From: Macrostomum lignano
Taxonomy: Eukaryota
Length of the DNA: 64,000 bases
Assembly (NCBI GenBank): GCA_002269645.1
Contig: NIVC01003046.1
Span: forward strand, 59,428 to 123,427
Reading direction: 5' to 3'
Part shown: positions 21,159 to 33,870 of the stretch, in pieces
Layout: every line of letters begins with the position of its first letter
Numbering within the stretch: position 1 is the stretch's first letter
Position numbers and translations under genes: made by a program
The notes under the pieces: generated by a model
The model's input: only the letters and a program-made list of their open reading frames with translations
Database searches by the model: none
What the model was told of the DNA's origin: nothing

Positions 21159-24100
21159 TCACGTGACCCGCCCCCCGGCAACCAGGCTTGGCAGCCTAGC
21201 GAGCCCGGTCAGGCCGCTGCTGAGCTCTCTGCAGCTTGTGCCGCCGCCGTTCGAGTCGGCGCCGTCGCCTCGCACGCAGGCGTAGATCTTGGGCAGGAAG
21301 AGGCAGGCGCAGCAGGCGTAGGCGGTCATCAGCAGGCCGGCTATGGACACCACGGCCCGCTGCAGACCGGTTGGCAGGAAGAAGTAGGCGGGAAAGTAGC
21401 AGAGCCACAGGCAGGCGGTGCTGAACGAGCAGACGAAGATGCACATGGACTCTTTGAAATTGTTTGGCAGCTTTCTAGTGAGGTAGGCCAGTGCCAGGGC
21501 TCCGACAATGAGCAGCAGATTCCAGGCTCCCGGAAGCAGCATCTGCAGCGGCGATACGGAGCAGATCTCTTCTATGTCGGGCTCGTAGCGAACCAGCTGG
21601 CGTTTGAGCACAGCTGGGGCTCCGGTGAGCAGGGTCAGAGCTGCCAGGATGCCCGCCTGTTGCGGATAAGACAGGAATTAAAGGTATGAAAGTCTTGGCT
21701 GGGGCGCTGATTGGATTGGCGCAGTTCATTTGAGCAGCGCTGATGGAAGGGCCGTTTAATTCAGTAAAAGGGCGTCGCACTGGGTGGCTGGGGCGCCGCA
21801 TCTGCTCATTGACCAAATGGATCAAATTTAGAGGAGAGAAGAGGAAAGGAGAGGGGACGAGAGGGGACGAGAGGAGACGAGAGGGGACGAGAGGAGACGA
21901 GAGGGGACGAGAGGAGACGAGAGGGGACGAGAGGGGACGAGAGGGGACGAGAGGGGACGAGAGGGGACGAGAGGGGACGAGAGGGGACGAGATGGGACGA
22001 GAGGGGACGAGAGGGGAGGAGAGGGGAGGAGAGGGGAGGAGAGGGGAGGAGAGGGGAGGAGAGGGGAGGAGAGGGGAGGAGAGGGGAGGAGAGGGGAGGA
22101 GAGGGGAGGAGAGGGGAGGAGAGGGGAGGAGAGGGGAGGAGAGGGGAGGAGAGGGAAGGAGAGGGGAGGAGAGGGGAGGAGAGGGGAGGAGAGGGGAGGA
22201 GAGGGGAGGAGAGGGAAGGAGAGGGAAGGAGAGGGGAGGAGAGGGGAGAGAGGGGAGGAGAGGGGAGGAGAGGGGACGAGAGGGGACGAGAGGGGAGGAG
22301 AGGGGAGGAGAGGGGAGGAGAGGGGAGGAGAGGGAAGGAGAGGGGAGGAGAGGGGAGGAGAGGGGAGGAGAGGGGAGGAGAGGGGAGGAGAGGGAAGGAG
22401 AGGGGAGGAGAGGGGAGGAGAGGGGAGGAGAGGGGACGAGAGGGGACGAGAGGGGACGAGAGGAGAGGGGACGAGAGAGGATGAGAGGAGAGGGGAGGAG
22501 AGGGAAGGAGAGGGGAGGAGAGGGGAGGAGAGGGGAGGAGAGGAGAGGATCACGGATTTTGCTGGAGATGCTGCCTAATATATTTCTAATATATACTTTT
22601 ATTTCTGAAGCGGTGCTTTTGTACGAGCCCGTATGCTTGTATTTAGTGCTGGCAGAGTGGAGGCAGAGTGGAGGCAGAGTGAGGCGGAGTCCCTCCATTA
22701 TAGGTTTCTCACCCTCGCCATTATCGCCTCTGCGTTGAGCACAATTTGTCACAAGTCTTTCCTTACATTACAAAAAACAACTCAGCAAAAAACTGAGCGG
22801 CAAATGTTGTGAGCAGTGCCCGCAATGACCCGAGCTGCTCTCTCATGCGCTCCGCAAGATGTTTAAGATCTTGTTATTGCCTGACTAACTTGGACTATCT
22901 AATCAGTGCTTTGCAATCAGCGCTTGTGTTTCGTCAGCATTTCTATTTGCTAAACGTGTCCTCCGCTCTCTTGCTCTACCGCAAAATTTCAGACTCTCTT
23001 TGCTTCATCAATATCAACTAAGATTTTACGAGGACTATCAGCTTTTTCTTGCAAATCTGTACTTATCTGTTAGGCCTGGTTTTGCCTACTTAAATCCTTG
23101 TTACGATCATATTATAGGGGGACCACAGTAGTCAGTAGCTCAGAGATAACGGATTATGGCCCTGACTGAGATAGATGGAGTCACAAAACTACTCAAATCT
23201 GATGGGCTAGAGATGGCTAGTAGATCCACTATGCTATGCGAACTCAGGATCCAGTTGCAAGACGGTGCTCAAATCGGATGTCTGCAACCTGGGCTTGAAT
23301 TCGACCTCGAATCACATTTCTCCGCAGTGCAGGCAGTAGCAGCCAAGTACCTGCACAACTGCCACGGCCCCGGCTCCGGCGAAGATGCAGGCGTCGGAGG
23401 CGCACCGAGCCCTGGCCAGGCTGTCCGCCGCTCTGAACAGCCGATAAATTCGCAGCGCCCTGTTTGACAGCAGGCCGAACAGGGCCGTGTAGAGCAGGTG
23501 GAAACCGTAGTATTCCAGTCCGCAGGTGACAGTGCTGGCTGGTGCCAGGTAGACCAAGGACAAGGCGTCCATGCACAGCAGGCAGGCCAGCACGGCCAGG
23601 CTGACTGGCAGCGAGGTGGCCTTCACGATCTTCGCGCCGCGTCTGGCTATGAAATAGGCGAAACTGGCCATCACCAGGAGGGCGTTCAGTGCGGCTGCTG
23701 GACCGGCGACGAGGCAAACCGGGTCACCCAGTTGGATCCGAGTTGGCATCACAGGCTGGCAGACTGCCCGACGGCGCTGGTCTGGCCAGGTGCCAATAGG
23801 GCAGGTGCGGCAGGCGTTGTTGACGATGTCGACAATCTCGTCGGTGCGGCAGTCGCGACAGTCGAAGCAGCAGACGGCTGGCCGGCCGGTCATGCGGATC
23901 TGGCCGGGTGCGCAAGGCCCCGGGCAGGCTGACCTGGGTATCTGGGGTCCGGCAAGGAGGTGGCTGGCCTTGTAGCGATCGGATCCACACTGACATGCAG
24001 ATCCAGTTTGACAATGTCACCCGTTTGATTCAAAGTGGCACGCATCAGGACCACAATGGCATGCATCGGGACCACAATGGCATGCATCGGGACCACAATG

Positions 24101-27100
24101 GCATGCATCGGGATCACAATGGCATGCATCGGGACCACAATGGCATGCATCGGGATCACAATGGCATGCATCGGGACCACAATCTCATGCATCGGGACCA
24201 CAATGGCATGCATCGGGACCACAATCTCATGCATCGGGACCACAATGGCATGCATCGGGACCACAATCTCATGCATCGGGACCACAATCTCATGCATCGG
24301 GACCACAATGGCATGCATCGGGACCACAATCTCATGCATCGGGATCACAATGGCATGCATCGGGACCACAATCTCATGCATCAGGACCACAATGGCATGC
24401 ATCGGGACCACAATGGCATGCATCGGGACCACAATGGCATGCATCGGGATCACAATGGCATGCATCGGGACCACAATCTCATGCATCGGGACCACAATGG
24501 CATGCATCGGGACCACAATCTCATGCATCGGGACCACAATCTCATGCATCGGGACCACAATGGCATGCATCGGGATCACAATGGCATGCATCGGGAGCAC
24601 AATCTCATGCATCGGGACCACAATGGCACACATCAGGACCACAATGGCACACATCAGGATCACAATGGCACACATCAGGATCACAATGGCACACATCAGG
24701 ATCACAATGGCACACATCAGGATCACAATGGCACACATCAGGATCACAATGGCACACATCAGGATCACAATGGCACACATCAGGATCACAATGGCACACA
24801 TCAGGATCACAATGGCACACATCAGGATCACAATGGCACTCACTCACTGGGACAACAGTGGAAATCATCTGGTGTAAAAATGACTCCCACCGCCGGTTCA
24901 CTCACCGGCAAGCCGTCGGACTTGTGCGGATACCGGGACCAGAGCAGCCGGTCCTGGTCGACAAGCAAGTCGCGGTCGGCCAGATCGCTGAACACCCCCA
25001 GCGGCTCGGTGCTGTAACGGCCATCCTCGGCCACCGAGTCCTGCACCACCAGCATGTAGTTCTCGGGCTCACCGTTGGCCTGAAATCTTACGGGCGTTGA
25101 GTACCGATTTGAAGAATTGAAGCTTGCGTTCAGGATGTCCTTGTACAGCTCAAGGCCGTTCACGCAGCCTAGCAGGGCGCTCCGATTGCCTAGCAGGGCT
25201 TGGGGGCAGCGGGCTGTCACGTGACTGTGCAGGCCGTGCGCAATCGCCATGACGCTGTCGTAAAGCAGGTTGAGATTTTCAACTTTCGGCGTCAGGGGAC
25301 GCTCAGACTGCAGTAGGCTTCGGTTAGCGTTGGCCCGGCAGCCGGCCGTGGATGAGGCGTTCGGCCGGGTGATGTCGCAGTTGAACATGTAGCTCAGGTA
25401 GGCCGAGCTCAGCGGATCGAGCATTGCCTCGGCGACCGTGATCGACATGCCCCGTTTGAATCGATCGGGCGGCAAATTAGTCGATACCGGGCGAAAGTAG
25501 AGCGACGGCGCTACCACCTTTGGTTAATTGTTCATTCAATCTAATTTATAGATACAAGTGCTTGATAAACCAAGAAATATTTTCACGGGATCGCTCAGCC
25601 TTATTAAAAGGAAAGTACGGATATTGATCTACGTGTTATTGGTTCTGATCTAAGATATTTAGGAGTTGTACGAGAATCAATATGTTAGAAACAGCGAACT
25701 TTATGTCAGAGCCGCCCACCTAGGTGTCACTGAGGCCCAGGTAGGAGATGTCATTGAGTCCCATGTAGAAGATGTCATTGAGTCTCAGCTAGGAGATGTC
25801 ATTGAGTCACAGCTAGGAGATGTCATTGAGTCACAGCTAGATGTCATTGAGTCCCATGTAGGAGATGTCATTGAGTCCCATGTAGGAGATGTCATTGAGT
25901 CCCATGTAGGAGATGTCACTGAGGCCCAGGTAGGAGATGTCATTGAGTCCCATGTAGGAGATGTCATTGAGTCTCAGCTAGGAGATGTCACTGAGGCCCA
26001 GGTAGGAGATGTCATTGAGTCCCAGCTAGGAGATGTCACTGAGGCCCAGGTAGATATCTCAACTAGGCGTCATGGAGTCAGAAATAGGTGTCAAAGCAGC
26101 CTGAATACAAATAGGATATGTCAAGGACGCCCGAATTATGGGTGTCGGTGAAGCAAAAGTTGCTAGGCAAAGCCGGAAGATTTGCATGTTATTTTACTAA
26201 TTTGAAAACCCTACTCTACAAAACTGCAGACAAACAATTCGCTGCCAAAGCCGCCGCACCTCTTTATAAGCCTCCAACGATATGATGGCGTCAGCCAGCA
26301 GGAAGGTGAACCGGCGACCCCAGGCGCTGGCGTTGGCCGAGGCCAATTTCAACAGCAGCGGCGCCACGATGTAGTCCGATGCGGCCACGGCCAGCACTCG
26401 GAGCCGCGGCATCGACTCCAGCTCCGCGGCCAGGCTGTCGATTTCCGACTGACTTGTTGGAGTTGGCGAAGTCGACAATGCGCCCGTTAATCCGACGCAG
26501 ACGCCGTTGCTAGGGGCCAGCGCGGTGAAGGCCTGTCGAAACGATTCGCCGTAGCTGTCCGCAGCGTACAGCAGGCCGACCAGCTCCCAGCCGAAGTGGC
26601 GCGCAAATCGAAGCATCAGCGCGGCCTGGGCGCCAACTGGCGCCGCCACCCGGGCAAAGTAGGGATGGCGAGACCGGTCGGAGAGCGAGTCGCTGGTGGA
26701 CATTGACGAGACCATCGGCAGCTCAAGCAGCTGCAGGTAGGTTGAAGCGAGAATCGAGCTGGCACTGTAGTAGCAGCAAGCCGCTGCCACCACTTTGACC
26801 GTCTCGGTGGGGGATTTTCCTCCCACGCCGGAGTTATAGTAGGTCGGCCAGGGCGGCGCGGCGAACTTGGTCAGGTAGCGGAGGGTCACCCGGTCAAAGT
26901 TGCACGAGTCGTAGGCCAGGAAGCCGAGCCGAATGTTGGGCAGCAGATCCGTTCGATTGTTGGCGTCCTCGATGGCCCAGCGCATGGCCAGGTAGTACAG
27001 GTACGGATGGTACACGTCGCTAATGTCAACACCGTCATCGATGCTGCACCGATAGTAGGTGATCGGAGAGTCCATTACAATGTTAAGATCGCCGGTTACC

Positions 27101-27208
27101 ACGGTGACCACGTCTCGTTGCGGCATCTCTAAGCTGCTGCTCAGGCCACCGCTGCACACCAGCAGGAGCAGCAGTTGAAAACTGCAAGGAGAAACGCCTG
27201 CAGAGCAT
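21159..27208 (-). CDS. Class C GPCR (metabotropic glutamate/amino-acid receptor family, about 880 aa); exons about 27208/27181-26260, 25517-24906, 23941-23351, 21656-21159
   Basis: Venus flytrap motifs AMRWAIEDANNRTDLLPNIRLGFLAYDSC, STSDSLSDRSRHPYFARV and YDSVMAIAHGLH. Cys-rich domain PRSACPGPC...CCFDCRDC...C..CP.G.WP...C. 7TM motifs KIVKAT, RALRIYRLF and LTRKLPNNFKES...FLPKIY. All three introns are GT-AG, phase 0. The start needs either an upstream exon or one less base in the A4 run at 27178-27181. Confidence 0.93.
21832..22548. repeat. 10-bp purine-rich repeat (GAGGGGAGGA / GAGGGGACGA)n in GPCR intron 3
   Basis: Read directly. Confidence 0.95.
24043..24840. repeat. 21-bp minisatellite, about 38 copies (CATCGGGACCACAATGGCATG), in GPCR intron 2
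   Basis: Direct periodicity, with a variant switch to CACACATCAGGATCACAATGG at about 24620. Confidence 0.95.
25722..26055. repeat. 24-bp minisatellite, about 14 copies (GTAGGAGATGTCATTGAGTCCCAT), in GPCR intron 1
   Basis: Direct periodicity. Confidence 0.92.
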
Positions 27209-27984
27209 TTGGAAATTGTCCAATGTTATTTCTATAGATCGATGGGGTTTCACAATCTCTAGACGAGGCAATTGGCTATGGACGAAAGACTTGCGATGTG
27301 TTGTCACCTAGATTTCAGGAACTCTTGGTATTGTCATCAGGGTGTCAGACAGTCTTGGTGTGTCACCTGGGTGTCAGACACTTGTGTCACCTGCGTGTCA
27401 GACAGTTTTGGTGCATCAGCTGGGTGTCACCTGGTGTCAGGTCTTGGGTGTCAGTGCCAGGTAACTATCAGAATAGACTGTATTGAGTAAGAGCACAACG
27501 TAGGGAAAAACGTAGGAAAAGCTTGAAAGTAAAAAGTGTTCGTGATGAAAGTAGAACTACAAAATCCAACCATATTTTAAAAAACTCCCGGACAGCAAAA
27601 CTTTCGATGGAGCTTCTTTGTCCGGAAAAGGCTTTATAAGTCAGTCATTTCTTTGTGAATAGCTCTATGAGTCTATGATTGACTCAGTGCCCTGGGGGGG
27701 GGGGGCAACTGACAGACAAAGTCAGATTGAAGTTGACGCAGCTGAACCGGTCAGCCCCAGGCCCCGTGGACAATCATCCGCCGGCTCCAGTCAGTCCGGT
27801 TTCCGGCAGATGTAAACTTTCTGCGATCGGCAGCCCCTTGGAATGCATTCAACAGCTCGCTCCCAGACTTCTTTACTGACTGCTTACTGTTGGTAAATGC
27901 GATTAAAGCAGACAAAAAATAAAAAGCCGGGAAAAGCAATATTGGAGGCTTTGAAAGTCCTAATTATTGCTGCAGGTGTGCAGC

Positions 27985-28039
27985 CAAAGACAGACAGACA
28001 GACAGAAAGACAGACAGACAGACAGACAGACAGACAGGC

Positions 28040-28078
<39 letters not shown>
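27985..28078. repeat. (CAGA)n microsatellite
   Basis: Read directly. Confidence 0.95.
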
Positions 28079-28436
28079 TTTATCATAGCTAAATGATTAG
28101 CCAAATCAGCAGACAGATCAAAAGAAATCGCATAATCCCATGAAGGCATGATTTTACGGCCAGCTATCAGATATTTTCATTCTGACGATGAGGAGCCAAA
28201 ATGCAAACTAAGCACGTGCTGTATTGACTAAAATGGACGAGAATCACACACACTGACGGCAAAGAAGACTAATAAGCCCTTATTCTAGAGAATATGGCGC
28301 CACCAAAGCGGTCAGTTGGGTCTGTTGGCTTGCAGTCAAAAAATTTACGACATCTTATATACAGAGGCGGCAAGTGCCGCCTTGCGCTTCTAGAACCAGT
28401 AGGGAAAAGAAATCGTGGCCACTCATACTGCTAGTT

Positions 28437-29198
<762 letters not shown>

Positions 29199-29755
29199 TA
29201 ACAGCCGGTGTGGTTATTAGAATTCAGCTACGAGTTGATTCCGGAAGGGGGCGAAACTGCTAGTATAAATATAGTGTCTCATATTCCATCCAGATTGCTA
29301 AAAGCCACGCGAGCAAATCTTAATAACGTTGGAGTTTCTCATTTTTCAGCTTTTCTTTGTATAGCTGGAGGGTTGAATACTAATGAACTTTTCTCGTCCT
29401 TCGCGTGTTAGTCAAATACAAAGTGACAAAATAATCATTTTGGCCCAATAACACCCCGGGCGAGGCAGCCCAAGCAAAGTGAGACAGTAGATCGTCTTTC
29501 AGGACTAACTCAAATTTGATGTATGCCCATGCAGGTCCTGCTTAGATTTCCAGCGGCCAGATAACCCAGATTTTGCAAAGCAATTGACCGGGAAATATTA
29601 TATTATCATACAAAATAAGCAGGACGGTAAAATTTCGTTTTTCAGAAAATATTTGAAGGCTGGCTTTCGCTAACCCTTCCGAGATCGAATATTGGAACTT
29701 TCATTTTGGAGGCAAGACTATTATGCACAAAATCCTTCTCTAAAAGACCTAATAT

Positions 29756-30101
29756 CAGGGGCGTCGCCATGGATTTTATGGTGAGGGGACAAAGCCAAGA
29801 ATTCAGCATGTCCATGTACATGACTGAATTCCTGCTTTTCCATTGTTTTGAGAATCGTGTTGTCAGCGCTCATTTTGGCGCCGCAGGCACTCATTTTGGC
29901 GCCACAGGCATTTCTTTTGGCGCCGCAGGCATTGTTTTAGCGCCGCAGGCGCTATATTTTGGCACCCTGAAGAAAAATTATTGATTACCACACGGGTCAC
30001 AAGGGGGGGTGGGGGACAAAGCATTGGCATGTTCCCCTAATAGCTTTTACTGGGGGGGGGGCATGTCCCCTTGTCCCCCCCCCCCGGTGGCGACGCGCCT
30101 G
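29756..30101. mobile_element. hAT-type MITE (346 bp)
   Basis: TIR CAGGGGCGTCGCCA versus reverse complement CAGGCGCGTCGCCA. Perfect 8-bp TSD CCTAATAT at 29748-29755 and 30102-30109. Internal TTTTGGCGCCGCAGGC repeats. Confidence 0.88.
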
Positions 30102-30583
30102 CCTAATATCTATTGTTATGTTTATTTATGAAACGCTGGAATAAAAAACGTAGTGAACAGTGTATGGTTAAAAAAGTCGCGTATAGAGGCTTACCAATAC
30201 TACATGTAAGGTCCATGTTAATTTAACTGTCTATAGCAGAAAGCAGAGAAAGCTTTTTAATTAAGTCAAAGAACTATAGCCAGGCGGATGGTGGATGCAA
30301 AACGGTTTGCAGTAGCAACTCCTTCTCATGGTTAAAATGCGCATGTGCAAGCTAATAAGGCCCCAATATCAAGAGTATGCAGCGTCTTCTCGTGTGATTG
30401 GCTGCATGAGACATGCAGCTTTTTAACAGATAGCCTTAAGGGAATCATGATAATGCATGGGAACAGTTAGTGACTGCATTAGAAACTGGAAACTGGGCTG
30501 TTTTATTATGTGACTGATACGGTACAGCGACTGTAGTTTAGGAGATCAATTAATAAACTGAAAGCAAATATAGACTGCATGTA

Positions 30584-31218
30584 CGAGGGTTGTCCCAGAA
30601 ATATCTGGAAAACCAGTACAGAGGCTGACTGTGGGGATATTCGAATCTGATGCAACTTGCGTCATAAGTAGAAAAAAATGCAACTATTGTTTTGCTTTTT
30701 AAATGGGGTAAAAATGTCAATTCATTCAAAAGTTATGCCTATAATTAGAACAAGGGGTAGGGGGTAGAGTTACACCAAGTCGAAAGGTCTGCAAAGTCGG
30801 TCACGCAGCATCGCCATCGCCCTTGACTGATGACTTTTCGACGAAGTCACCCCTCAGCCTGCATCCTGCAGCTGTTCTGCTTCTGCTTCAGATTAGCTTC
30901 TGCTTTTTTCGAGGGCTTATGTGCTCTTTTGTTTCTCTTCAGCTTCTTCGTTTGCTTTTGTTTTCGAATCGATGGTTCTGACAAAACATCAAAAGTTTAG
31001 TCTATGGCCAGCATAGTAGGCTCGACTTGGTGTAACTCTACCCCCTACCCCTTGTTCTAATTATAGGCATAACTTTTGAATGAATTGACATTTTTACCCC
31101 ATTTAAAAAGCAAAACAATAGTTGCATTTTTTCTACTTATGACGCAATTTGCATTAAATTCGAATATCACAGTCAGCCTCTGTACCGGTTTTTCCCGCTA
31201 TTTCTGGGACAACCCTCG
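30584..31218. mobile_element. Tc1/mariner-type MITE with about 200-bp TIRs
   Basis: About 30584-30782 is the near-perfect reverse complement of about 31022-31218. Ends read TA|CGAGGG...CCCTCG|TA, a TA TSD with mariner-like termini. Confidence 0.88.
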
Positions 31219-32101
31219 TACAAAGCTGCACGCGCAGCAGATGCGCATCATGAATACAAGAAATATAGAGATATATATTTTGCATCTATTCAATTTAAGC
31301 TACATGCAGCTATATGAGCGACATGCAAGCAAATGAAGCCTCCTGTGTGGTATTTTGTAATTGACTGAATTTCACAGGAACACTAATACACTGTACATGT
31401 AGCTGTTAAGCCGAATAGTTTATATGTAGCAGCATGCATGGGTGTGATTCGCTATACAAACATTATGTAATAATATTACGTTTACACACTTGCGTCGCAG
31501 CGTAAAAATTTGAGGAAACTATCGCAAGTGGTTATATGCACGAGATTAAATGTACATTTATTTGCTTTACATACGTGTTTCATGGACACTAAAGTGCACA
31601 TCCACATGCAAAAAGAATTTTGCATGACAAAGACCGCATTCAGCGCAATGCGTTCTCTCTGTAGCATACTAAATGCACTATTATATAGAGGCTATCACTT
31701 CAGTTTGCTCATGGCCATGTAAAGTTCTAAAACTAAAATGATATACTATAATATCACCCGGTGAGAAAGATTGATTCGCTCAAGGACGACTTAAGTAGAC
31801 TAAAGTAGAATTAGACGTGATCTTAGTTGCCGCTCGAGACGTTTATTAGACGCGCTACTGAAGTCGTCTATCGTCCTTGGACCTTGGCTGAGCTGCATGC
31901 ACAATGCACATCACACACATCACATATCAAAGCATGCACATCACACACATCACATATCAAAGCATGCACATCACAGATCGAGTTCATACTGCAAAGGGCA
32001 TTAAAATTGCATGCATGTAAAAAATTCTTAAAGATAGATTCCACCACGCAGTGTTCCAACATTCATGTACTACTTTTACTGAAAATGCGTAGTAGTATAT
32101 A

Positions 32102-32670
32102 TACGAGTGTGTCCCAAAAGTTCCCGGAATCTTTGCTCTAGCTCCTCAGTACCCCTTGACAAACTAAAGTGTCAAGCTAAAGATAATTTTTCAATGAAAA
32201 GCTTGTCATTTGAATTTCCTTTCTATCTGGTTTCGGTCAAGCGTTACACCAGCAAATGTGAGGGAAGGTCAGTACTACTAGTGTTACACAACCTCGACTG
32301 TGGTGTGTCCTTTTCTATCATCAATTTTTTGTTGCAAAACTTAACTTTGAATTCGCCAGAAAGATGTGGAAACGTCTATGGATAAAATCAGTAGAATTTC
32401 TGATCAGATCTACTGGTGCCAGCGCTTGCTTATTCCATACCCAAGTGCTTGCTTTTGGCTAGAAACTTAAAGATGAGTTTTTTCCATGCCTTGAGAGTCA
32501 GCGGTGTCAAGTTTTCGCCCTGTGGGGCGGCGAGAGCGTGGATGCTGGTCATTCAAAGTGGACTGGCCGTCCTTGAACCGGTTGGATCCATCCTTAAATA
32601 GCTGTTTTCTTAATGCTGTTCTCACCATGGATTGAGAAAAGATGATTGGAAATTTTGGCTCCACTCCATT
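32102..32670 (-). mobile_element. Degenerate mariner transposase relic with one TIR
   Basis: Mariner-like terminus TACGAGTGTGTCCCAAAAGTTCCCGGAAT at 32102. Minus-strand peptide RFKDGQSTLNDQHPRSRRP resembles the mariner N-terminal RFK.G..SLED..RSGRP. Stops and an internal deletion are present. Confidence 0.65.
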
Positions 32671-33149
32671 CTGCAGACCATAGGCCCGAAAACTTGACGA
32701 TTATAGTTATTTACATATATAAACTAATGCGCATATATACATTATGCATATGTATAAATCATTTATAATGTACGTGACACTTTTGCTTGCTTCCGCAAGT
32801 ATTAATGTGTGTTAAAAAATCAAATGCCTTAAAACTAAAAGCTAGCGGCGGATTTTAGCTTTCATGCCACGAACAATCCGATTTTTGCTTCCTGCTGTAA
32901 GCAGCATGCATTTGTTCGCATACCCTTGGCCATAGAAATACACACAGCATAGTGCTTCTACGCTTACTCAGAAGAAAGCCACAAGTAGAGCTGATCAAGC
33001 ACAGAGTTGCAAGACAGCAGCTGCAAGATTTGTTCCAGTCATGGACCCTAATATTCACTCCACAAAAGGGCAGACACACGCAATTTTTACACTGGAGTCC
33101 TGGTCAGAAATACCCTGAAATTCACGAAAACCTGACGTCGGCATCGGGA

Positions 33150-33870
33150 TCATGAATGCTTTGTTCGCCAAGCACGAGTACGACTTGGGCACGACGGAGC
33201 TGCTACAGCACCAGGTCGAACTGGAACCGGGAACGCGGCCGCACCGGCAAATCCAAGCAGCGCCGTCTGCCTCTGTCTGTGCAAGACCAGGTGGATAAAA
33301 AGATCGTACAGATGCTGGACAGCGGCATCATCGAGCCGTCGTCGTCGCCATGGGCGAGCAACCTGCTGGTGATCCGCAAGAATGCCAAAATGCACGAAAT
33401 TAGCCGCAGCTGAATGCGTGCACGGTCAAGGACGCGTACCCGCTGCCGCACATGCAGCAAGCATGAATGCTCTGGTCGGGTGCTCCTGGTTCTCCACCAT
33501 TGACTGACGGCAGGGCTACCACCAGGTGGAGGTGGCGGAAGAGGACCGGTTTAAGACAGCCTTCTATTCGAACCGCGGCCTGACGCAGTTCCGCAAGACG
33601 GGCTTTGGAATTCGCAATGCCCCAGCGACGTTCCAGCGGCTGATGGAGCTGGTGATGTCCGGTCTGTCTCCGTGCTGACTTACATCGACGACTTCATCGT
33701 CTTCAGCAGGACCTTCGACGAGAACCTGGTGAGACTGGAGCGCTAGCGGCCGCGAGATGCGGGCCTCAGACTGCACAAGGTGAAGAGCGTGTTCGGCCAT
33801 CGCCAAGTGCTGTACCTGGGACACCTGATCAGCAAGCAGGGTATTGTACCTGACCTCAGCAAGGTCTACG
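33150..33870 (+). mobile_element. Decayed Ty3/Gypsy LTR-retrotransposon reverse transcriptase fragment
   Basis: Across frameshifts: MLDSGIIEPSSSPWAS, LNACTVKDAYPLP, GYHQVEVAEEDRFKTAF, FGIRNAPATFQRLM, YIDDFIVFS and YLGHLISKQGI. No LTRs recognised. Confidence 0.92.
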
